From Neoechinorhynchus agilis (lineage: Eukaryota > Animalia > Acanthocephala), in the NCBI GenBank assembly GCA_051530055.1, contig CM121341.1, positions 9,588,784 through 9,652,783 on the forward strand: DNA of 64,000 nt, read 5' to 3'. Made by a program: the position numbers and the translations under genes. Below are positions 1 to 10,328 of this stretch, in pieces (position 1 is the stretch's first letter; the number at the start of each line of letters is the position of its first letter). Below the pieces are notes generated by a model, which saw only the letters and a list, made by a program, of their open reading frames with translations, ran no database searches and was not told where the DNA came from.

Positions 1-2770
1 TTTTGTACGAATCTGTTCGGATCCTGCCGAGAAAGAGAGTTTCCCCTTCGCTTCAACGAGGTATTTCGTCCCCTTTTTCTTTGTGAGCCATCTTCGATCG
101 TGGATTTTGAACCTTTTGACTCACTTAAACAGGGATTAAGGCCAAAAGTCCACTTGACCACTCCTTGGTGGTAAGCGTTGATTTTCTTTAATGGTTTACG
201 GACGAGCCGGTGTTTTTTATGGAAAATTTCTTACTTGGCTTATTTCGAACATTTTGGACACCCAACCAACCGATCTTTTACATCGTAGAAGCGCATAAAA
301 TCACTTTGACTCTCAAAAACTTACGGTTATGAGTTTTGTAGGAATCTGTTCGGATCCTCCCGAGAAGGATAGTTCCCCTTCCCTTCAACGAGGTATTTCG
401 TCCCCTTTTTCTTTGTGAGCCATCTTCGATCGTGGATTTTGAACCTTTTGACTCACTTAAACAGGGATTAAGGCCAAAAGTCCACTTGACCACTCCTTGG
501 TGGTAAGCGTTGATTTTCTTTAATGGTTTACGGACGAGCCGGTGTTTTTTATGGAAAATTTCTTACTTGGCTTATTTCGAACATTTTGGACACCCAACCA
601 ACCGATCTTTTACATCGTAGAAGCGCATAAAATCACTTTGACTCTCAAAAACTTACCCTCCCGAGAAAGAGAGTTTCCCCTTCCCTTCAACGAGGTATTT
701 CGTCCCCTTTTTCTTTGTGAGCCATCTTCGATCGTGGATTTTGAACCTTTTGACTCACTTAAACAGGGATTAAGGCCAAAAGTCCACTTGACCACTCCTT
801 GGTGGTAAGCGTTGATTTTCTTTAATGGTTTACGGACGAGCCGGTGTTTTATGGAAAATTTCTTACTTGGCTTATTTCGAACATTTTGGACACCCAATCA
901 ACCGATCTTTTACATCGTAGAAGCGCATAAAATCACTTTGACTCTCAAAAACTTACGGTTATGAGTTTTGTAGGAATCTGTTCGGATCCTCCCGAGAAAG
1001 AGAGTTTCCTCTTCGCTTCAACGAGGTATTTCGTCCCCTTTTTCTTTGTGAGCCATCTTCGATCGTGGATTTTGAACCTTTTGACTCACTTAAACAGGGA
1101 TTAAGGCCAAAAGTCCACTTGACCACTCCTTGGTGGTAAGCGTTGATTTTCTTTAATGGTTTACGGACGAGCCGGTGTTTTTTATGGAAAATTTCTTACT
1201 TGGCTTATTTCGAACATTTTGGACACCCAACCAACCGATCTTTTACATCGTAGAAGCGCATAAAATCACTTTGACTCTCAAAAACTTTCCTCCCGAGAAA
1301 GAGAGTTTCCCCTTCGCTTCAACGAGGTATTTCGTCCCCTTTTTCTTTGTGAGCCATCTTCGATCGTGGATTTTGAACCTTTTGACTCACTTAAACAGGG
1401 ATTAAGGCCAAAAGTCCACTTGACCACTCCTTGGTGGTAAGCGTTGATTTTCTTTAATGGTTTACGGACGAGCCGGTGTTTTTTATGGAAAATTTCTTAC
1501 TTGGCTTATTTCGAACATTTTGGACACCCAATCAACCGATCTTTTACATCGTAGAAGCGCATAAAATCACTTTGACTCTCAAAAACTTACGGTTATGAGT
1601 TTTGTAGGAATCTGTTCGGATCCTGCCGAGAAAGAGAGTTTCCCCTTCCCTTCAACGAGGTATTTCGTCCCCTTTTTCTTTGTGAGCCATCTTCGATCGT
1701 GGATTTTGAACCTTTTGACTCACTTAAACAGGGATTAAGGCCAAAAGTCCACTTGACCACTCCTTGGTGGTAAGCGTTGATTTTCTTTAATGGTTTACGG
1801 ACGAGCCGGTGTTTTTTATGGAAAATTTCTTACTTGGCTTATTTCGAACATTTTGGACACCCAATCAACCGATCTTTTACATCGTAGAAGCGCATAAAAT
1901 CACTTTGACTCTCAAAAACTTACGGTTATGAGTTTTGTACGAATCTGTTCGGATCCTCCCGAGAAAGAGAGTTTTCTCTTCGCTTCAACGAGGTATTTCG
2001 TCCCCTTTTTCTTTGTGAGTCACCTTCGATCGTGGATTTTGAACCTTTTGACTCACTTAAACAGGGATTAAGGCCAAAAGTCCACTTGACCACTCCTTGG
2101 TGGTAAGCGTTGATTTTCTTTAATGGTTTACGGACGAGCCGGTGTTTTTTATGGAAAATTTCTTACTTGGCTTATTTCGAACATTTTGGACACCCAACCA
2201 ACCGATCTTTTACATCGTAGAAGCGCATAAAATCACTTTGACTCTCAAAAACTTACGGTTATGAGTTTTGTAGGAATCTGTTCGGATCCTGCCGAGAAAG
2301 AGAGTTTCCCCTTCCCTTCAACGAGGTATTTCGTCCCCTTTTTCTTTGTGAGCCATCTTCGATCGTGGATTTTGAACCTTTTGACTCACTTAAACAGGGA
2401 TTAAGGCCAAAAGTCCACTTGACCACTCCTTGGTGGTAAGCGTTGATTTTCTTTAATGGTTTACGGACGAGCCGGTGTTTTTTATGGAAAATTTCTTACT
2501 TGGCTTATTTCGAACATTTTGGACACCCAACCAACCGATCTTTTACATCGTAGAAGCGCATAAAATCACTTTGACTCTCAAAAACTTACGGTTATGAGTT
2601 TTGTAGGAATCTGTTCGGATCCTGCCGAGAAAGAGAGTTTGCCCTTCGCTTCAACGAGGTATTTCGTCCCCTTTTTTATTGTTAGCCATCGGCGTTAAGA
2701 AATTTTGCAGCCTTTGACTCTGAAACAGGGATTCAGGGCTCAAGTCCACTGGACCTCTTCGACATAACAA
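1..2770 (-). repeat. Tandem satellite, 333-bp unit (two ~300-bp deletion variants), ~8.3 copies visible, runs off the left edge; homologous to the tRNA-headed element at 15109-15450
   Basis: Anchor GAATCTGTTCGGATCC recurs at 9, 342, 974, 1608, 1941, 2274 and 2607 (333-bp steps). The units near 655 and 1287 lack ~32 bp. The minus strand carries TGGTCAAGTGG (A box), GGTTCAAAATCC (B-box-like) and GGGGACGAAATACC, all shared with 15116-15210. A diverged terminal copy lies at ~2690-2770. Confidence 0.95.
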
Positions 2771-2867
2771 ATCCTAACACAAAATCGCTGATCGACAAAT
2801 GTGATTGAATTTGGTCCAAAGGAGGAACTCCAATATGAACGTGCAATACCGCAATTTTAGATAGGCG

Positions 2868-3419
2868 ATGAATTCCAACCAACGTGGCTCCCAGCTTCCT
2901 CTAAAGTTCATGACTGAGGAAGATGTTCAAAAGGAACATGAAAGGCGGCGAAAGGAGTGGGAGCGGGTACGAACTAGTGGCGATCCACTCGAAGCACCTT
3001 GTTCCGTATTCGATACTCGATCTTTGTTCGAAAAGCTCCGTGAGCAGCAGGTAAAGCAGCAAACATCTTTAGAAGAACAAGGACAAGTAACGCAGCACCG
3101 TGGTCTCGATGAAGACGAAGCACATTTCCTTACTTCTTTTTATCGTCTTAAAAATGAACAGGAACGAAGAATGAAAACTGAAGACGAACATGAGATCCAA
3201 GCATTCCGCGAATTTCAATCTTCCAGTAAAAAGGAAGCGGTTGACGTTGTGAAATTGCCGGATTCAACAAAGACATTGTCTTCGAGGAAAAGACAAGCCA
3301 TCATGATCTCAAAAGCTATAAAAAGAACAACTGAAAAAAATAAAGATAAAATTTACGGTGCTCTACAAAATCTCCGAGATGCGTATGGATCTTCAAGCAG
3401 TAATGAAGATGAGCCTTGA
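2868..3419 (+). CDS. PSME3IP1: PSME3-interacting protein / NIP30 (FAM192A), intronless, 183 aa
   Basis: KFMTEEDV..ERRRKEWERVR...P...FDTRSLFEKLREQ...RGLDEDEAHFL matches the FAM192A N-terminal domain as I recall it. Confidence 0.9.
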   Translation: MNSNQRGSQLPLKFMTEEDVQKEHERRRKEWERVRTSGDPLEAPCSVFDTRSLFEKLREQQVKQQTSLEEQGQVTQHRGLDEDEAHFLTSFYRLKNEQERRMKTEDEHEIQAFREFQSSSKKEAVDVVKLPDSTKTLSSRKRQAIMISKAIKRTTEKNKDKIYGALQNLRDAYGSSSSNEDEP

Positions 3420-3734
3420 TGGACCTTTTAGTTGCAATGCAGACTATCCTTGTTTATGATTGTCCTGACCCAGTCTTTTATACAATTAATCATTCTTCAC
3501 TAGAACGATTGGAGTTTTAAATATTGAGGGTGGAGCTGAACTTCAAATGGGACCATTAAGTCATTTCTAAAGTTCATAAATGAATTACGATTTTTAGAGT
3601 AGTTATCAAGACAGGTGATACTTTTCGGTATTTTAGATAGCTTGTTTAAAGCATTTTTTAGGAACAGTCCGAAAAACCAATGCCCTTTATCGACTAAAAT
3701 CGGAAATTTTAATTTTTGATTAGAAAGTCAACCG

Positions 3735-4400
3735 GAAGCTGTTCAAAAAGTTAATAAAGTTGATGAAAGTGGAAGATGAGGCGTCCACGGAAACTATCGT
3801 GAAAGCTTTTCAGAACCTGACCCCCGGGATAGAATTGATCACTTTAGACCGGTTCAATCTTCTAGGAAGCTGCATTTTTGGTTCTAATGTTAAACCAGAG
3901 ATTGCCAATCTTCAACCGTAACTTTGGGTACTGTGTGAACGAGTTGAGGAATTATCTTCACATGAGTATCCACGACACGCCAAAGTGAACGCAATTCTCT
4001 TAGTCGAGTCCTGAATACTGTGAAAACGCTAACATCCTAGAGCCGAGCGATCTTTGCCGACTCGATGACCGCCGTAGACCAGGCGGTATTATAGTATTCC
4101 CGTGGCGAGGGGAGGCAAATACCTTTCCTGGGACGCTACGTTCGTGGACAGCTGAGTACCGCAAAAAGTACAAAATACAGGGACCTTAGTCGAAATCATT
4201 ATTTCGTGCCCTTTGGCGTCGAGACAGTCTGGTCGTTTGGTACCGCGGCGCAGGACTTGGTCAAGCAATTCTTTAAGAGATAGAGACGAGGCGATCTGAG
4301 ATCAGGAGCATTCCTCCTCCAAAAAAAGTCTGTCCCTGTAACGAGGGACCTTTTGTATTTGTCATTTTGGACCATTACACTAGGAAGGCAGCTGAGTGAT
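3735..4400 (+). mobile_element. Degenerate CRE-clade non-LTR retrotransposon fragment (RLE region, possible RT remnant upstream)
   Basis: 4036-4400 encodes broken ILEPSDLCRLDDRRRP.G..VFPWR...WDAT...YRDLSRNHYFVPFGVET and is near-identical in stretches to the reverse complement of 11281-11722. The 3735-3830 part is only weakly similar to CRE RT. Confidence 0.8.
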
Positions 4401-4825
4401 CCAGAAAGGCGGTTGTGTGAATGATTTCTGCTTCGAGATTCTGAAGGTTATGTTAATAAGCTATTATTTAAAGAATTAAAAAACTAATAGATATACAATC
4501 GTAGGTATTAATATCAACTGATGTTGGAATTCATTTTAATTCAAATTTATGAAAAAATAAAGAATGGTCAAGAAAATGGGAGATAATATTTGGGAAAAAC
4601 ACTGGCCAACGTGTACTTTTGCTCACCTTTATAACACGAAAACTGCTCAGCCAGGTAAAAGGTCTTTGAGTAGCTTCAAATTTATATTTACAAAAAGTGT
4701 AAATTCGGTGAATTTCAAGTAATCGTTCTTTAATTTTTTCCATTAATGCACTCATTGTTCTTCTACAAATCATCCACAAAACCAAACACCATAAACATTT
4801 CCATGGACGAAATCTTTGATTGTCT

Positions 4826-6438
4826 TTAAAGTTCCCCAGTGTATTCAACATGTCCAACAATGAGTACATTGCTAGGAACATGACCGTGCGATGGAGCTAG
4901 AACACTCATGGTGGTTTCATCCAAGACTTCTTTAACAATCAGATAGCCCGCAATGCTTTCTCTGATGCACTCCTTAGGATCGTTTACATGAGAAACTGCG
5001 ATTAAATGATTTTTAAGTCCACGAAGCGACTGACTATAACCATTGACGCAAGTTGGTGAAGTCAATGTCTTGAGTGAAGTGCTAAATGGAACTGCTCCAA
5101 TAGGAAGATCCACCCGGTTACCCAACTCATATAACTGGATTTCATTCTCTTCTTCATCGTTCTCATTTTCCATTGATTCATCGTCGTACAACAGACGACT
5201 ACAGCCAACTCGGAGGCATTTAATCGAAGGAGATAGCCAGTATTGTGGTATTCCGTAAAAGTATCGACGTATACGTCTATTCCGGATTTCGGTCAATTTC
5301 TCAGTGGACAAAGGTACTACACCAGGAGAAGACCTGACACTAATTATCTTCGTCTTTTCGCTCAGATCTCTACGGAGTTTCTGGTGAAGACGTTCACTGG
5401 AAACAACGATTATATGGTCTACGCCAAATGTCACACACAAGTGCACTAAAACATCGTAACTTTTTCCCTCAATGCATCCCGAGGTGTTCATGAGGATTCC
5501 AGAGATTCGAATATCGGGATTGACGTCTACTTTGCACTTTACAAGCATGGCCATTTGATCGACGATTGACGTATACAGATCGAGGTTCTCCAATGGAGAC
5601 AAGTGACCAAAGTGAAGAGACACCGATGATAGTTCATTCTCACAAACGTCGTCGATGTGATCAATACTCGTTTGTTCAAACTGTGCTGCTGTGATTGAAC
5701 CGGGAAGACCGAGGTGATTTTGGGAAACGTCCAAGTCAACGGCTATCGGGACCGTCATTAGTAGTATAAGGCAAAAAAGAAAAGGATGTGGTTTTAAGCA
5801 ACTTGTGAGCAAAAGCAAAAACCTAGAGCAATAAACTTAGTCAATTTAGTAGGACAAAATTGAGTCTTGACTCATTCTGGTTGAAAACATCTTCTTAAAC
5901 AGAATATTCATATTTTATGAACCTACGAAACAGGGGAAGAAATACGTACTAATGGAAAGCAAATTGACCAGTGGAAACAGGCCAATGACGGACAATATAT
6001 TGGTTGATAGTCGATTCGACAGGCCCAATTGCACAGCATCCTCCATAGAGATGATTTCCCAGTTCCACGCGGACCGACAATAACAACAGTGGGTCCTCGG
6101 TAGTCTCTTTGACCTTCAGCTAGTTTCCTTACATTGTCAAGTATCCGATGTACTCTCATGTACGATTTGACGGCATCTAAATCAGTTGTAATGTAGATGT
6201 CATCTTCAATCGGATCGAGATTGTCAACACGTACATCAGCACCATGGAACGTTGTAACAGCCAGATTGGTCATAGGACCGAATTCAAATACACGATCCAA
6301 TGGTAGTTCGGCGCCAAAAATCTCTGCCATTCCAGATTTTAAGGCGATCTTACAACCTTTTTCGGTTTGAATTCTGAGCTCAGATCGAGCGGGTAACGTT
6401 ATTTCTTCACCTTCCGTTTCTTTGGTGCCGTTATGCAT
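4826..6438 (-). CDS. CLP1: Polyribonucleotide 5'-hydroxyl kinase Clp1; predicted exons 6438-5994 and 5742-4826
   Basis: Exon 1 has ELRI...SGMAEIFGAEL...LAVTTFHG and the P-loop GPTVVIVGPRGTGKSSLWRMLCNWACR. Exon 2 has VDLDVSQNHLGLPGS...NTSGCIEG...RIRRYFYG. A phase-compatible GT(5993)-AG(5743) intron joins them, giving YQPIY-S-VDLDV. Confidence 0.9.
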
Positions 6439-8039
6439 TGTCTGAAATAAGATACAACCATAATTGGAAGCAATTAAGTATGAAAGCAAATTTATATAAC
6501 GAGTATTACTTATCGTCTGGAGAATCCTCAATGATTATCAGACTTTATTCCACGGTACTCTTTTTTTGTGTGAATAAGGAGCTTATGATGGATGTTGACT
6601 TTGAGAGATTCATTATTTTTAAAAGGCACACAATTACACTCGGGTAAGGATCATCGATTGTAAAATGTGAAATTCTTTATTCATTTAAGATTATTCTCGT
6701 ATCCGTCGTAAAAAACGTATTAAAATCGCTGTGTGCCGGCTTAAGGAATAATCATTGTCACCGTTCAACGGAACTTGTTTCGCTTGACTTCTTTCACTCA
6801 TTTGAATTCAACGACCGATATGGATTGCGATTTTGGCGTGAACCTAAAGATAAACGAGATGTGGGAGGTAATGATTGGTCAAATTAATAAAAGTGCGGAA
6901 TTCAAAAAATAGGAGCCAGGAACATTAATATCTCGAACACTGCTGATTTTTTCTTCGTCAAATCGTTTCGGATCTTTCAAATCATGCAGAAAATTGATTC
7001 TAGTAAAATATTTGTTAATTTTCTGCAGAAATAAATATTGGTCTTCAAATTTGAACTTATTGATCGCGACTCGACATTATGGAATGTTTGGCAATTTTAT
7101 AAATCCTGGATTGAATTTTAAATACCATCCTTTTGTCTTCCAATTTGATGTATCCTATCAAGCAAAAGAAAAACAATTTTTTTTCAATTTATTAGAAATA
7201 AAAATATGAAAATCTTTTTTATATTGTTGGGAGGTCAATCATAAAAATCCTAAAACGAATTTAGCTTTGCAATAAAAACGTATTTTTTCAAATTAAGAAA
7301 TATTTCGAAAGAGGAAACCTCGCTTTATGAGTCATTGCAACGGATTATTATCACCACAATTCAAAATTTACTATCCTGAAGGATTTTCCTGATATGATTT
7401 CCTTAGATAATTTAAAATATTTAAATACGAAGCGACTCTTCATTTTCCTTGGACATCTTCGACTTTATTCTCTATTGTGAATACTTTTTTTCGATATATG
7501 AAAAAAACATGGCACCCGGCTCATAGAAATTAAAATTTGTTATTTAGAAGTTTTCGTCCAGTAAATAACGTTAAAGACGCTTCGAACCTCGTCGGGTATC
7601 GAATTTGTGTACTTTCAATTCCGTTTTTCGATACAAATTGCAACAAAATGATAATAGTTTCTCAAATACTTAAAACGTTCAACTGTGACCATTAAAGATG
7701 AGGTTCGAAACGTCTTTGAAGACCAACAAATCAGTTTTTTCTACACAAAAAGCTACTCCCCATCGCAATGCGAATCTCGTATTTGTGTTTTTTTTCGACA
7801 TTTCGGCGCAAAATCGTGTGCTTTTTGTCAAAGCTGTAACTTTTGATCGCCGAAATATCGAATTCAATAAATTCCCTTGATTTTTAGGATTATTGTATAG
7901 AGTTCCTGAACCAGTAAACTTTTTTTCATTAAAGACGTTTCAAACTTCGTCGAGTTAATGCTGCCACGCAAAAAAAGACATGAACAATTCAATCTTCAAA
8001 CAATCGTGTAATTCAAAAGAATTCGAGTGACGTTTTAAA

Positions 8040-8495
8040 AAATGCCGGAAGAAATCAATGGTCTTTCGACACGTCAGTGTTGGATCGCGTTTAAATATTG
8101 AAACCCCCAAACATTCTGGAACCCACTAATCTTTGTAGATTCGATGGAAGATGCCCCGATGGCGTGACCGTATTTCCTTGGCGGGAGGGAAAATGTTTGT
8201 TGTGGGATGCAACGCGTGTGGACACGTTGGCAAACTCCAACATCAGCCACTCGAAAAAAGGTCCAGGAGGAGCGGCGACGGCTGCAGAGGATCCGAAATG
8301 CTCAAAATACAGGGAGCTAATCCGAAATTACCATTTTGTTCACTTCGGTGTGGAAACGTATCTTGGGAGGGTCGGAACTGGCCATATCAACGCGGCGACT
8401 GGAGAGCCAAGATCGACGTCGTTCTTGGCGCAAAAATAAGCATTGCGGTGCAGCGGGGCAACGCGGCCAGCATTTTGGCCAGCGCCGATGAATAG
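8040..8495 (+). mobile_element. 5'-truncated CRE-clade retrotransposon (RLE domain only)
   Basis: [41 protein letters not shown]...HFGVET...KISIAVQRGNAAS, with frameshifts. Confidence 0.9.
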
Positions 8496-8741
8496 GAGCG
8501 TCGAAGAAACTATAAATTATTTTGATAATATTGACATTGCTTATGAAATGATGGATCTTAATTGTTAGCGGTAAATAATTTTTTAAAGACGTTCTCGGTG
8601 AACCTCGTCGGGATCAATGGTCGCATAAAATTATTTACCGTGTGCGTGTGAAGACTTCTAAGCAATTCTCATCTCACATATCGACGTTTAATATCACGTG
8701 AAGCAAGACTTAAATGTGGCGGTGGAGATTGAAATACTTCC

Positions 8742-9166
8742 TCCAATCACACTGGACTTCTTCAGTCAGTCGTGACATCTCGGATAAGGATCGTGAGTTT
8801 CCGTTTATTGACGATTCCTCCTTTGGCAGGCCACCAGAGTAAACGTGCGCTCGTCTATTCCAAACGAAGAAATAATCTTCACGGCCTGATCTGTTTGAGC
8901 ATTCGTGAAGGCCCAAATACCTTGCTCGGATTGTGATCGGTGGTAACTTTGGGAGGAGAATGAGGGAACTCCGCTGTGGTTTCCCATTCTCTGACTACGG
9001 GCCATATGATCGATATTAACGACGCATATTTGTTGGTGTTCATTCAAGGAACCAATACTTTAAAGGGAAACAATACAGATTATTCCCTAAAGTTGAGGAT
9101 ACCTCCTGATAAGACATTCAGGTTGCCAAATTCCTTAATTGACTGAAGAAGTCCAGTGTGATTGGA
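8742..9166. repeat. ~425-bp segment bounded by perfect 27-bp inverted repeats
   Basis: 8742-8768 TCCAATCACACTGGACTTCTTCAGTCA is the exact reverse complement of 9140-9166. Confidence 0.8.
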
Positions 9167-9936
9167 CGGCTTCACATACTCATGGATTTTATTATATAAT
9201 ATCATAAAAAATTATTTTATAGAACTATTATCGATAATTCTAATCAAATTAGTATTTCGAACGCCTAAAGTTTCGATTTCTGAATCGCTCACTCTCAGAT
9301 AAAAATAGTTGGATGCACGTGTTGTTGCGATTGACCATTTTTCAAGGTAAAATATTCTGAGGTAACTCATGAAACTGCACGAGAAAAGTTGCTCTTAGCA
9401 ATCGCATTCGGGCAGGTGAAGTCCCAAGGATACAGTTTCCCAACGAACTGCTTGGCCTTTTTCCGGCATCTCTGCTTAAATTGATTGGAGATATGGAATG
9501 CTTGTCGATGCCAAAGCACGATTGTGCCTGGCGATCGTTTTGGGACCATCGAGTCCATGGATTCCTACGCTGTCCCCGCAATTATTGAACAAGCGACGAA
9601 TAAGCAAGCGATACCAAAGGAGCGGTCGTCCATGTTCAGATCGAGACATTTGTATTTCTCCCTTTTTCTTCACTTCACCATCCGCTGAAACTGTAAAGGA
9701 CAAGCTGCTCTTTGCATTCGTATTCTGGAAGATGAGGGGGAGACGGCCTCTTTCCCACGGAACTGTTCATGGCTTCCATATTTGGGTTAAACTTTTTCCA
9801 AAGAAACATTCCTATCGACCCTTCACTCCCTGTTTTTACCAGTTCTCCTTCCAATTTGTCACGCTTACATTCGTGAAATTTCTAAAACAAGAAATTACAA
9901 ATGGGTTTATTTTTGACAAGATCTCGAAATTATTTT

Positions 9937-9999
9937 TATTCTGTGTTTAAGTGTGGCCCTTTTCAAGCCGTGAAAAAAGCCACACTTAAACACAGAATA
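9937..9999. repeat. 63-nt hairpin with a perfect 21-bp stem
   Basis: TATTCTGTGTTTAAGTGTGGC (9937-9957) pairs with GCCACACTTAAACACAGAATA (9979-9999). The loop contains a further TTTCA/TGAAA pairing. Confidence 0.85.
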
Positions 10000-10328
10000 C
10001 AAAATATTTTTTAGTTTTATCAATTATTTTACAGAAGCTCAATCATCAAAATATCGAATGGGAAAGTTGTAAGCTTCTCAATCCCTTGATCGCACACAAA
10101 TCGAGTGAAGAATCATCTCAAATCCCTCACGAACTCTACTTCGAGCAATATCCACCAATTTCCACCCAACTCAACCGGATATTCCCAAACAAACATACTA
10201 TCTTCTTTGTTAATTAACAAATAAACGTGTTATTATTACAGTGATCGTTGCGAAAAGATTAAGTCCATTATTCGTAGAATTCTCAATTTCGACAGGAGCG
10301 TTCTTTTTAGATAAACTCAGAGAAGTGT

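Noticed and set aside
1-2770. CRISPR array or protein-coding repeats (ORFs of 71-95 aa)
   Set aside because: The context is eukaryotic, the units have no unique spacers, and the ORFs are incidental to the repeat.
9340-9700. Degenerate Helitron/PIF1 helicase or piggyBac fragment
   Set aside because: There is only vague peptide resemblance (NRIRAGE; PGDRFGTIESMDS) and no diagnostic motif. A profile search is needed.
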